This document shows positions 1-11,410 of a DNA stretch of 29,766 bases, piece by piece. The DNA lies in assembly GCF_006345805.1 (NCBI RefSeq), contig NW_021832682.1, positions 1 through 29,766 of the forward strand, in the 5' to 3' direction. The notes beneath the pieces were generated by a model. The model saw nothing but the letters and a program-made list of their open reading frames with translations, was not told the DNA's origin and did not search any database. A program made the translations under genes and the position numbers. Every line of letters begins with the position of its first letter. The stretch's first letter is position 1. The stretch comes from Octopus sinensis. Taxonomy: Eukaryota.

Positions 1-152
1 GTTCAAACACCTGTAAATCGGAAACCACAATTAGTTCAGAGCTGTAATTTGCCACTTAATCTATAGAGATATAAATAATTGCACATGCAAAATTTCAGCT
101 AGATTAAACAACTGCAAGTGGGTCAGGGGCATTACTTATTGAACGCCCCTCG
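1..152. mobile_element. Terminal fragment of a mariner/Tc1-type element (runs off window start)
   Basis: Ends ACTTATTGAACGCCCCTCG followed by TA (153-154); the same CCCCTCG-TA terminus closes the mariner MITE at 13229-13445. Confidence 0.55.
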
Positions 153-234
<82 letters not shown>

Positions 235-264
235 ATTATCCATCTATCTATCTATCTATCTATC
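153..264. repeat. (TATC)n microsatellite
   Basis: Direct tandem tetranucleotide. Confidence 0.97.
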
Positions 265-287
265 TGCCTGTGCACATGTGTGTGTGT

Positions 288-435
288 GTGTTTGCATTTG
301 CTTCTCCACCGCTTGATTAAATGAAGTACTAGACTTAAGATAAGTACTGGGGATGGAGGCGGTTATTTGTTTGACTAAACCCTTCAAAGTGGTGCTCCAG
401 CATGACCGCAGTGAACTGAAAGGAAAAATAAAAGG
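288..435 (+). mobile_element. SINE family B, 3' fragment
   Basis: ATAAGTACTGGGG...GACTAAACCCTTCAAAGTGGTGCTCCAGCATGACCGCAGT matches the tails at 8560-8650 and 28320-28410. Confidence 0.7.
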
Positions 436-570
436 CTAAAACGGTTGGCCCGGCATGGCCGCAGCTCTCGAGCTGAAACTAGTTAAAACTTAAAGAGTCA
501 TACAATTGTTTACTATTTTTGGTATATTGTCTGACGAAATGCACAAGGTTTACATTAATGATAATAATAA

Positions 571-727
571 TCCATTCTACTATAGGTACAAGAACTGGAA
601 TTTGAGAGGAGGGGATAATCGATCACATGACTGGAACTTAATTTATCGATCTCGAAAGGATGTAAGGTAAAGTCGACCTCGGCGGAATTTCGGATGTAAC
701 GGCAGACGAAATACCCATTTATTTACT
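571..727 (-). mobile_element. SINE family A, 5'-truncated copy with tail type 1
   Basis: Reverse complement of the family core CCGCCGAGGTCGACTTT...CATCCTTTCG; ends AGTAGAATGG then (ATT)n on the minus strand. Confidence 0.8.
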
Positions 728-799
728 GACATTAAGCCTAAGGATTATATAATGTACAAGTATAAAGAAAGAATTAAAGAAAAAAGGACTCATTATATC

Positions 800-1182
800 G
801 AATGTTATCAATAATATCGAGTGGAATAGGCGGTGCTGCAGTTCCGTAGTGCTTATATACGAGCCACCACTGTCTGGCTTACCTTTCATGCAGGAAGTGC
901 AAAAGATTGTCTCAACAGGTACGTTACACGTACTGAGAAGAGCATTGTCGCTGTGAATTTTCTTTCCTTTTTCCCCTTTATTTTTTTGTTTACTTTTTAT
1001 TTTTTTATTTTTCTCTCTGTCTTTCTACCCGTTTTTTTCTCTTTCTCTCTCATGACTTTGTAAATAAACAGTCTTGTGTGTTTATTTTAATGGCCTACCA
1101 ATGTATACAGTGCGTTTCTCTGACCTAGGTGTCAGGAAGACAATCAGAAAGAAATGGAAACAGAATTGAAAGAAGATCATAA

Positions 1183-1187
<5 letters not shown>
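800..1187 (+). mobile_element. 3' end of an RLE-clade (R4/Dong-like) non-LTR retrotransposon, decayed
   Basis: Reads LSGLPFMQEVQKIVSTGTLHVLRRALSL-stop, resembling the QK..L.GT.HILR..L C-terminus of RLE LINEs; pyrimidine-rich UTR then (AAT)n; homologous to 20206-20620. Confidence 0.8.
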
Positions 1188-1249
<62 letters not shown>

Positions 1250-1252
1250 TAA
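1188..1252. repeat. (AAT)n microsatellite between LINE tail and SINE tail
   Basis: Direct tandem trinucleotide. Confidence 0.95.
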
Positions 1253-1466
1253 TCCTTTCTACTTGAAGCACAAAGCCTCAAATTTGGGAGTAGGGGTTAA
1301 GTCGATTACATCGATCCCCAGTACGCTACTGGTACTTAACTTATCGACCCCGAAAGGATGAAAGGCAAAGTCGGCCTCGGCGGAATTTGAACTCAGAACG
1401 TAACGGCAGACGAAATACGGCTAAGCATTTCGCCCGGCGTGCTAACGATTCTGCTAGTTCGCCGCC
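1253..1466 (-). mobile_element. SINE family A, full length, tail type 1
   Basis: Minus strand starts GGCGGCGAACTAGCAGAATCGTTAGCACGCCGGGCG, with B-box-like GAGTTCAAATTCC and core GCCTTTCATCCTTTCGGGGTCGATAA. Confidence 0.9.
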
Positions 1467-1470
1467 TTAA

Positions 1471-1866
1471 CGATGTGGTGGACAAGATGCGCCACATGTA
1501 CTATATAGTTGATGTTGCGTTCCCATTTAACCCACGAATAGTCAAGAAGAATGCGCAAAAATAGATAAACACAACACTCTTAAGTACGAAATAGCCCGGC
1601 TATGGAAAATGAAGAAGGTGAAGATAGTGCCAATTATTTTTGGTTCCTTGGAGACAGTATCAGAAGGCACCAAGAAGAATATAAAGGAAACTGGAATAGA
1701 ATGTCCAGTAGAACTGTTATAAAAGGTCTGCCTGCTTGGTATGGTCAAAATAGCAAGGAGAGTATTAAGTAGCTGAAACGAACGGGGGGCATGGTACCGT
1801 AGGCTGCAGGTAGCGAGCCCGCTAGGCATGCAAGACTCCAGAGGTTCCAACAAAAGCTGTGATAAA
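1471..1866 (+). mobile_element. RLE-clade LINE endonuclease/C-terminal fragment, decayed
   Basis: With one frameshift reads IVDVAFPFNPRIVKK..KIDKHNTLKYEIARLWKMKKVKIVPIIFGSLETVS...LL*KVCLLGMVKIARRVLSS-stop. Confidence 0.85.
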
Positions 1867-1881
1867 AAGAAATAATTATAA

Positions 1882-2086
1882 TCCTTTCTACTAAAGGTAC
1901 AAGCCCTGAAATTTGTGGGGCAGGAAATGAGTCGATTGCATCGACCCCACTGTTCAAGTGGTGCTTAATTTATTGACCCCGAAAGGATGAAAACCAAAGT
2001 CGACCTCGGCGGAATTTGAACTCAGAACGTAAAGACGAACGAAATACCGCTAAGCATTTCGCCCGGAATGCTAACGATTCTGCCAG
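1882..2086 (-). mobile_element. SINE family A, tail type 1
   Basis: Same head, B box and core as 1253-1466. Confidence 0.9.
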
Positions 2087-2458
2087 ATTAATTATAATTA
2101 TAATATAATATTATGAATTCATTTATATTAATGGAAGATATATTACAAACGTAATTAAAAAATTAAATGTAATAATGTAAAATGTAAATAAAAAATTAAA
2201 TGTAATAAGTAGGCCTATAACTTGTTGGGTCAATAGAGTGCAACAGCAATATAGTTTAAGACTGGTGAGCTTATGGACTAACTGCTTTGTTAGTCTTACT
2301 GGTTAGCTCTGTCTGCACATCGCACCTGAACAAGGCAAGTTGGACTATGTCAACAGAAAGTTCCTCCGGTGATGATGGAAGGTCTTTTGACTATTCGAGT
2401 TGAGGTCTGATACGTTGTCATTTCCTAAATGTGTCATATAATATATACTACATTTAAA

Positions 2459-2746
2459 GGCGGCGAGCTGGCAGAAACGTTAGCATGCCGGGCGAAATAC
2501 TCAGCGGTATTTCGTCTGCCGTTACGTTCTGAGTTCAAATTCCGCCGAGGTCGACTTTGCCTTTCATCCTTTCGGAGTTGATTAAATAAGTACCAGTTAC
2601 GCACTGGAGTTGATATAATCGACTTAATCCGTTTGTCTGTCCTTGTTTGTCCTCTCTGTGTTTAGCCCCCTGTGGGTAGTAAAGAAATAGGTATTTCGTC
2701 AGTCTTTACGTCCTGAGTTTAAAATCCGCCGAGATTGACTTCACCT
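2459..2746 (+). mobile_element. SINE family A, tail type 2, followed by the start of a second truncated monomer
   Basis: GGCGGCGAGCTGGCAGAAACGTTAGC head, GAGTTCAAATTCC B box, tail ending CCCTGTGGGTAGTAAAGAAATA, then restarts at GGTATTTCGTC. Confidence 0.9.
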
Positions 2747-2799
2747 CCAGTGAAGGCATAGGTCCTTAAGTATAATCCCAGGTAAATCCAGGCAGTATT

Positions 2800-3130
2800 C
2801 TGGCATTATATTGAATGTTGCGTTCATATTGAAGGAATAGATTAAAGACCTATATATTCACGGTCCTATACAATCACGGAAGAACAGACAAACCTCCATA
2901 CCATCTGGAAGAAGATAATCTGTGAACCTTACTCTCCTATCTGTATTCTTCTATCTACTGCTTTAATCTTTATTCTTCTCGCTACCATTTTATTCCTCTA
3001 TGCACTGTAAATTCTCTGTCTAGAACTTTTCTACATACCCAATTTGTCTCTGATGGCGGTGTATTCATTATATGGAGATGCTAACCTATCACTTGGGATA
3101 TCCCAGAAACAGCTGCAAGATATCCAGTAA
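2800..3130 (+). mobile_element. Possible Penelope-like element 3' remnant
   Basis: Frame HIEGID*...TNLHTIWKKII loosely resembles a GIY-YIG C-terminus; followed by a hammerhead-like motif. Confidence 0.4.
3045..3122 (+). ncRNA. Degenerate type-I hammerhead-like motif, long stem II region
   Basis: Stem I TGTCT/AGATA; CTGATGG (A9G) 3050-3056; GAAA 3106-3109; palindromic CAGCTG; U16.1 replaced by C. Probably inactive. Confidence 0.55.
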
Positions 3131-3413
3131 TTAATTAATTAATTGACTAATTAATTAATCAGTTACTTCAAATTCACCTTACTCTAATTAAATATTCTAA
3201 ATGGCTTGAGACACTGGCCCTCCCTTGGTTGTGTCGTCGTTTTTCGTCTAATACATATCTGCTAACTCGGACGCTTATTACAGATCCCTAGCTCCATCGC
3301 CAGCTGTGAACTTGGAATCTAACGGATGACCAGTTATAACGCTTATACAGCGTAACTATTCGTTTTGATCACCAGTGAACTAAACTCCTCATATTCTATA
3401 TATATATACTTAA

Positions 3414-3610
3414 GGCGGCGAGCTTCCATAATCTTTAGCACGCCGAGTGAAATACTTAGCGGCATTTCGTCCGTTTCTACGCTCTGAGTTCAAATTCTGT
3501 CGAGGTCCACTTCGCCTTTCATCCTCTCGGAGTCGATAAAATAAGTACCAGTCGGTGTAATTGACTTACCCTTTACCCGAAATGACTGGCCTTGTGTCAA
3601 AATTTGAAAT
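3414..3610 (+). mobile_element. SINE family A, diverged
   Basis: GGCGGCGAGC head, GAGTTCAAATTCT, GCCTTTCATCCTCTCGGAGTCGATAAAATAAGTACCAG. Confidence 0.85.
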
Positions 3611-3897
3611 GAAAATTTGTATGCGTGTTTGTTTACAGCCATTTCATAATCTTTTTCATGTTGTATTAATTTCAGCACGCCAAAAAAGTACACGTATACG
3701 CGTGCATGTGAATTTTGTGTGGATGTTTTAAACTTGAATCATTGATGCAATCATGATGTTGTAATCTCAGCTGTATGCAGATTTCTTAGGACGCTATCCT
3801 GCAGAAAATGAGCATACAAATAAAGCACATACACTATGTATGTGTGACCGATAATGTTTAAATTATGAAAGCTGTTCTTGAGTCGTAATTAAATTTT

Positions 3898-4166
3898 CTT
3901 TAACAAGTGCTACGCCACAGTACATCAGTAAATAGTCTTCACACTACGTGCATATTATGTACCAAAACAGCGATTCATTTTGTTTAAGAGTGTTTCGAGA
4001 ACATTCAGCTGATGATTCAAAATAACGGCGAAATATCGACATCTGCTAATCTCGATCATCTTGAGGCGAGTTTTCTCGCCTGGTCTGGGACATTCAGTTC
4101 CGTTGGGAGCTTTCACTGGACACTATCCCGCCACAAATTCATTGTATAAACAAAACACAAACACTA
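3898..4166 (+). repeat. Old dispersed repeat, copy 1 (partner of 11921-12195), with hammerhead remnant at 4006-4048
   Basis: Colinear anchors CTTTAACA.G.GCTACGCC.CAGTACATCA, GATTCATTT, CAAAATAA.GG.GA.ATATCG, TGAGG.GAGTT, ACAAATTC, ACAAAACACA. Confidence 0.8.
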
Positions 4167-4206
4167 TAATGTTTATATATGTATTTACATGACTTCATAT
4201 ACTAAT

Positions 4207-4215
4207 GTGTGTCCG

Positions 4216-4292
<77 letters not shown>
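4207..4292. repeat. (TG)n microsatellite
   Basis: Direct tandem dinucleotide. Confidence 0.95.
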
Positions 4293-4294
<2 letters not shown>

Positions 4295-4483
4295 CCGCGA
4301 TTTTTTCCCTCTGTCTTCCCTTCTCTGGATCTTTCCTTCTCCTATGTTTCCGACGAAGAGCTCCGCTCGAAACGTTAAACCCTCCTTCTTCCCTTCCTTC
4401 CTGAGTGTCCAATAATACTATATTTGTTCCACGTCCTCGCGTTGTTGCGTTTTCTCTTTGTGTTTTCATGTTTGGATTAACTA
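4293..4483 (+). mobile_element. Short non-coding Penelope-like terminal-repeat element, copy 1
   Basis: About 190 bp, near-identical to 7507-7698 and similar to 27850-28029; carries a minimal hammerhead motif; ends TTTGGATTAACT next to TA-rich repeats. Confidence 0.7.
4346..4380 (+). ncRNA. Minimal type-I hammerhead-like motif (U4C, GUU site)
   Basis: GTTT-CCGACGA-A-GAGC(TCC)GCTC-GAAA-CGT-T-AAAC: stem I GTTT/AAAC, 4-bp stem II, palindromic ACGT stem III. Confidence 0.7.
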
Positions 4484-4775
4484 TGTATACACATAGACAA
4501 CATTGACATACATACATAAACACACACATACACACATATATGCAGAAATAGTTGTGTACATACTTGTATCTATAGCAAATCGAAATGCAAGTTCTAGCAA
4601 TATTTAACATTAATGACAACTGTGAATATGAGACACACGTTCTTATCTATATAGAGATGTATAAGTTCATCCTTGCCATCACACACGCGCGCGCGCAGGT
4701 ACTCTAATCGTGCCAAAGTGCGAGTTCGTGATGATGTGACGGCAAGTGGTGAGCGTTGAGAAGCGCAGTTTGGGA

Positions 4776-4847
4776 TGTATGTATGTATGTATGTATGTAT
4801 GTATGTATGTACGTATGTATGAATATATGTATGTATGTGTGTATACA

Positions 4848-4932
<85 letters not shown>

Positions 4933-4948
4933 CCCCTATATATATATA
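4776..4948. repeat. Compound (TATG)/(TATC)/(TA) microsatellite
   Basis: Direct tandem repeats. Confidence 0.95.
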
Positions 4949-4949
4949 A

Positions 4950-6421
<1,472 letters not shown>

Positions 6422-6775
6422 TTAGTATGTCCGTGTGTGTGAGTGCAAATAGTGAACGATTTTTCTTTTAACTATGTTATTATATAAAACACGACTGTGT
6501 TTCATTGTGTTCTTTTCATATTCAGGTTATTTCCTATTTTCGTTCTATTTATTGGGTTTGAAACAATATTGTCCATATTTCCTTTTCCTGACTGGCAATT
6601 CGTGACTTTTTACAATTTCGGTATGAAAAGAAATTGTATATTTGCGTGCTAGACAAGGGTGTTGGACGTTAAAACATACTTTGTACAATATTCTTAAAGA
6701 ACAGTCCACACCCACCGCAGAATATCTAATGCAATATCCCTATCGGCAAACTACTGATTTAAATAAACGCAGATA

Positions 6776-7103
6776 TCTTTTATCTTTTCCTTGTTTCAAT
6801 CATTAGACTGAGACCATGCTGGGGCATCACCTTGAAGAATATTTTTAGTTGAAGGAAGGACGTAAACACACCAGCACCGGTTGTGAAGCGATGGTGGGGG
6901 ACAAACATAGACATAAAGATACGTACACACAGATATATACGTGTACGAGAGATTTCTTTCAGTTTCCGTCTACAAAATCAACTCACAAGACTTTGGTCGG
7001 TCCTAGGCTACAATACAAGAAACGCGTCCAATGTTCCACGCAGTGGGACTGAATCCGTAACCATGAGATTCGGAGTAACTTCTTACTACCAGCCACGCCT
7101 GCA
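6776..7103 (-). mobile_element. SINE family B (tRNA head, CORE-like body), full length
   Basis: Minus strand GCAGGCGTGGCTGG head, GGATTCAGTCCCACTGCGTGG, GTAGACGGAAACTGAAAGAA, tail CCCCAGCATGGTCTCAGTCTAATGATTGAAAC. Confidence 0.85.
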
Positions 7104-7122
7104 CTTACGTCACACTTTATTA

Positions 7123-7188
<66 letters not shown>

Positions 7189-7190
<2 letters not shown>

Positions 7191-7498
7191 CACCGTGATC
7201 ACCGTGACCGACCAGGCTATCAGATGTTGTTATACATCGCTGGTCACAATGCATTGTTTTAGCCTTCAAATGATGCCACCCGCTGGTTAAGCGAGCAGGC
7301 TAACAGAAGAAAGAGTGAGAGAAAGTTGTGGCGAAAAAGTACAGCAGGGATCGCCACCACCACCCTGCCGGAGTTTCGTGGAGCTTTAGGTGTTTTCGCT
7401 CAATAATGCGAAACACTCACAATGCCCGGTCTGGGAATCGAAACCGCGATCCTATGACCGCAAGTCCGCTGCCCTAACCACTGGGCCATTGCACCTCC
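7189..7498 (-). mobile_element. SINE family C (tRNA-derived head), full length
   Basis: Minus strand GGAGGTGCAATGGCCCAGTGGTTAGGGCAGCGGAC (A box) and GGTTTCGATTCCC (B box), about 230 bp body, 3' tandem CACGGTGAT x2. Resembles octopus OR-type SINEs from recall. Confidence 0.8.
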
Positions 7499-7506
7499 GT
7501 ACCGTT

Positions 7507-7698
7507 GGCGATTTTTTTCCTCTGTCTTCCCTTCTCTGGATCTTTCCTTCTCCTATGTTTCCGACGAAGAGCTCCGCTCGAAACGTTAAACCCTCCTTCT
7601 TTCCTTCTTTCCTGAGCGTCCAATAATACTATATTTGTTCCACGCACGTCCTCACGTTGTTGTGTTTTTTTTTCGTGCTTTCTTGTTTGGATTAACTT
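7507..7698 (+). mobile_element. Short Penelope-like terminal-repeat element, copy 2
   Basis: Near-identical to 4293-4483. Confidence 0.7.
7557..7591 (+). ncRNA. Minimal type-I hammerhead-like motif (U4C, GUU site)
   Basis: Identical 35-mer to 4346-4380. Confidence 0.7.
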
Positions 7699-7871
7699 TA
7701 TATATATATATATATCCTGCCATGGGATCTAGCTGGATTTCCGTTATATAATTTTAAATGTGAGGTTGATGGTTCTGTCATTGAAGGGAAAGCAGCATTT
7801 AAGGGGTCATTTATTTACTGTTGTTGGTGTATTATGATGTTTATGCATATGTTTGAAATATATGGGCGCTG

Positions 7872-8097
7872 GTTTGCTTCCCAACCACATTGTTTTGGTT
7901 TAATCCCACTACGTGGCACTTTGAGCAAGTTTCTTTTGCTGTAGCCTCGGGTTGACCAAAGCTATGTGAGTGGATCTGGTATATGGAAACTGAGGGAAGT
8001 CTGTCGTATATATATATTATGTATGTATGTATGTATGTATGTATGTATGTATGTATGTATGTATATTATATATATATTATATATATATATATATATA

Positions 8098-8136
<39 letters not shown>

Positions 8137-8651
8137 CATAAATGAGGGCAAAGGAAAAAGTTTCCAATGCCAAATATGCCGAAAAATTGGACTTATTGTC
8201 CATTAACCATATATTTGGCATTGGAAATTTTTTCCTTTGCCCTCATTTATGAATCGTTTATAAATTTAACCCGTTAAAGGTATTTTTTAATATCTGGCCA
8301 TTGATAAAATTATTTTCGAGAAAATATTTTTTTTCGAAAAGAATTTTATCCTCACATTTGATATATATATATATTATATATATATATATAATATATATAT
8401 ATATATGTATACACACACACACATATATATGTGTGTGTCTTTGTGCTTGTTTTTGTATCACCACCAACGCTTGACAACCGGTGTTGATGTGTTTATATTC
8501 CGTAACTTAGCAGTTCGGCAAGAAAGGCCAATAGTATAAAGACTTTAAAAATAATAATTTGCATAGGGATCAATTCATTCGACCAGAATTCTTCAAGGCC
8601 GAGCCCCAGCTGGGTTGCAGTCTAATGACTGAAGCAAGTAAAAGATAAAGA
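7872..8651 (+). mobile_element. SINE family B split by microsatellite expansion and a foldback insertion
   Basis: Head 7872-8008 (TTGCTTCCCAACCAC...TGGCACTTTGAGCAAGT) and tail 8435-8651 (GCTTGACAACCGGTGTTG...CAGTCTAATGACTGAAGC) are colinear. Confidence 0.75.
8134..8254. repeat. Foldback: 44-bp inverted arms, 33-nt loop
   Basis: 8134-8177 versus 8211-8254, 43/44 match. Confidence 0.95.
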
Positions 8652-9019
8652 TGGGTGAAATGTGTCTTTGGTTAAATTGACTGTTCCCATCGCCATTACA
8701 GGTTTCGAGTGTGGATAGCCGCAGGCGTAGAATGTTGAGCAAATAAGCATTATATTTAAGAGACGTAAGGCTTGTCAGTCAGTCCGAAGTCCTTTGCAAC
8801 CACGGAGACTGAGCAACATGGCATTACATTTTGTTTTATTATGAAAATGAGATTGAGAGAGAATCTCGAAATGCCAGACACATGACTTTAGAAAAATCAT
8901 TCTTCCAAATTAGTAGCAAATGACTAATAGGAAATGAAAAATCCTTAATAAAAAAGGTTCAAAGTCGAGCACAGTCGGGAACTCTGTTAACAACATAACA
9001 CGCATTGATTAATGTGCAT

Positions 9020-9146
9020 GTGTGTATGTATGAATGTATGTACGTATGTACACAAGTATGTATGTATGTATGTATGTATGTATGTATGTATGTATGTATG
9101 TATGTATGCATGTATGTATATATGTATTTTTGTATGTATGTATGTA
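9020..9146. repeat. (TATG)n microsatellite
   Basis: Direct tandem repeat. Confidence 0.95.
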
Positions 9147-9687
9147 TAAAAAAAGCGTAGCTGCCGCCACGAAAATTTTCACACCATATAACAAATAATA
9201 AATGTTTAAGTGAAGGTAAAAGTTTTGTGAGTTTCTGAATGGCTATGTGCCTTTCACGCTGAATCGTTTTAATTTCACCTCATAGTTTCAGAACAAATCA
9301 CTGGCCTGGCATGTACGCTTCCAAAGTAAATGCACACACACACATATTTCCGTGAGTATTTGAGGTTGGGAAGCCAACTACCTAAGAGATAGTACTATCC
9401 AATATACTGCTGGTAGTGTGCCCAATTATTAATGCCCAAGTGCTGGTTATTGCGTGGCAATTTCACAATCGAGTGTCATATATGGGCAGGGGTAAAAAGT
9501 GGTTTATCCTTAATTTATACGGCAAAAAAAATGGAGGGGGATATAAAAATAACATACATCAACCGGTAGACATTCTATTATGACTATTTATTCCAAAACA
9601 AAGAATACATGCATATTTAAAGACTGTGTGCTACACAAATATATATACTAGTAATACATAAAAGAGTAGAAGATTAAAATATCAGTT

Positions 9688-9809
9688 CCTTACGGCCGTT
9701 TCTGCCAAGAGGCCACGATATCCCCATGCTAGCTCCATCTCTTCAGTGTTCTGTAAGGATGGGTAGATAGAGTTTGGATGTTGAGTGTGCCTCTAGGCTT
9801 CATCAGAGG
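9688..9809 (-). ncRNA. Type-I hammerhead-like motif with intact core and about 97-nt stem II domain
   Basis: Minus strand CCT-CTGATGA-A-GCCTAGAGG...CCTCTTGGC-A-GAAA-CGGCCG-TA-AGG; palindrome ACGGCCGT; GUA site. Confidence 0.75.
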
Positions 9810-10400
9810 GTGTAAATGTTTAGGAGAGCCAATACATACAAGAGTCAGTTACCAATAGGTACAGTATATTTTTCTTATTGGGTATAAGAAGAATAGGAGC
9901 AAGAGTGTGAGAGGAGTAAAATTTAGTAAAATGGATTAGGTATAAGAAAGAGAAATAAGTCATAGACTTCAGGTGTTACCTTCCAAGATTCATGTTCTTT
10001 TGTCCAGTGGTGGATAGGTAGGTATATCCGTTCTAATGATAAGTTTTTTTCAGAAGAGTAAATTTAGGCTGTGGTTCTTATTTTGTTTACATATAATTAC
10101 ACGTTATGTTTGTGTTTACAGTGGTGAGTTTGAAAACATGGTCCGTAATTCAGAGGTAGAAGTTTATATGTAGGGTGTCAGTTGGTACAAAAGAGAGTAT
10201 GGCACCAGGTGGTGACCAAAGTACCGTGTTCGTGTTCGTTATTTTTTCGATCAACAAGTTCCTGAATCCTTGACTGACCTTAGCCACTGCATACAAAAAT
10301 TCGAAGTATTGACAGGAAGGGTGGAGGGTGATGTACTGAGTAGGTTTGAATACGATGGTAAATCCTTTGTTAATTTAGAAGAGCAGAGGACGTTGCAGTA
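9810..10400 (-). mobile_element. Possible heavily decayed Penelope-like GIY-YIG region upstream of the hammerhead
   Basis: Broken frames give IVFKPT, PGAILS, KHKHNV, NHSLNL and KRT*ILEG in the order expected for a PLE linker and endonuclease. Weak motif-level resemblance only. Confidence 0.4.
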
Positions 10401-10521
10401 GCGGTAGAAAGGGATATGATGACTGTGCTCCGGTGAACTTGGAGGGCATTAAGGAGTGAAAGTTTCCTCGTTATTTCGAGTATTTTGTTGAAATGCAGTT
10501 TAGAATGTTTATATGTATAGC

Positions 10522-10633
10522 GCAGCTGTACCTTTCGTTTGCGTATAACAGCTGTGACGTTCACTGTGCGTAACAGCTGTGCCATTCCGGTGCACACAAC
10601 AGCTGCACGATTTCAGTATATAAAACACCTGCA
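10522..10633. promoter_or_regulatory. Five E-boxes at 25-26 bp spacing (degenerate tandem repeat, candidate bHLH site cluster)
   Basis: CAGCTG at 10523, 10549, 10574 and 10600; CACCTG at 10626. Regulatory function is unproven. Confidence 0.4.
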
Positions 10634-11274
10634 CCGTGATGCTGTAATTTCTATTAGATAAATATTCTGTTAAGTAAATAAGAATTTTTATTATTTTAAA
10701 ATATTTTACCAAAATTCTTTCTAAAGATTTAGATAAAGCCGGTTTCTCTAGAGACATCATAAAACGTCTTGAGTAATCTTACCCACAGGCAACACTCTAC
10801 ACGGTGTTTATAAATTATGTCATGCCTCTTCAAAAGTTAGTGGTATGGGGATAACCTCTTGGCATTGGCTTGCTTATGCTGAGAGTCATATCCCGCTACC
10901 AGTGTGGCACAAAGGTAATTTTGTATCTCAGTTAGCTGATGTATGTGTATTTGTTTCCTTTACTTATCAAGTATTTGCTAGTTATCTCTTGTTATCATCT
11001 CTTGGTCGGCGAAGGTAGAGTCTTTTAATGCATTTATCACAGATAAAAACGAGGCTATACTTCATATTTACAAAGCTGTTGTTTACTAACTTGTCAGTAC
11101 ATAGACCACTTAGGTTGAAATGACGAGTGTTTCTCTTCCACGTATCTTCACATGTATTGGCTTACATTCATACACATACACTTACATATACGTTACACCA
11201 AACCGCATATACGTTTTCACACACACCCTGAAAGACACAAACATAAATATTTGAGAATGGTGTAGGTATACATA

Positions 11275-11410
11275 TGAATACATGTATGTATGTATGTATG
11301 TATGTATGTATGTATGTATGTATGTATGTATGTATGTATGTATGTATGTATGTATGTGTGTATGTATGTATGTATGTATGTACGTACGTATGTATGTATG
11401 TATGTATGTA
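11275..11410. repeat. (TATG)n microsatellite
   Basis: Direct tandem repeat. Confidence 0.95.

Noticed and set aside
450-490. CAGCTC-TC-GAGCT-GAAA-CTAG-TT and the SINE B tail CAGTC-TAAT-GACTG-AA as a hammerhead 3' half
   Set aside because: No CUGANGA upstream; better explained as the SINE 3' stem-loop.
2210-2420. GACTAAC/GTTAGTC hairpin region as a decayed ribozyme element
   Set aside because: No recognisable core on either strand.
6560-6580. GAAACAATATTGTC palindromic stem III with GUC
   Set aside because: No CUGANGA or stem I partner upstream.
7020-7035. GAAACGCGTC hammerhead-like 3' half
   Set aside because: Lies inside a SINE B body and arises from substitutions in that consensus.
7425-7498. 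tRNA gene
   Set aside because: A and B boxes are present but the acceptor stem is poor, and the sequence continues into a SINE body with a tandem-repeat tail.
10522-10633. CRISPR-like repeat-spacer array
   Set aside because: The conserved part is only 6-8 bp, the spacers are related to each other, the context is eukaryotic and there are no cas genes.
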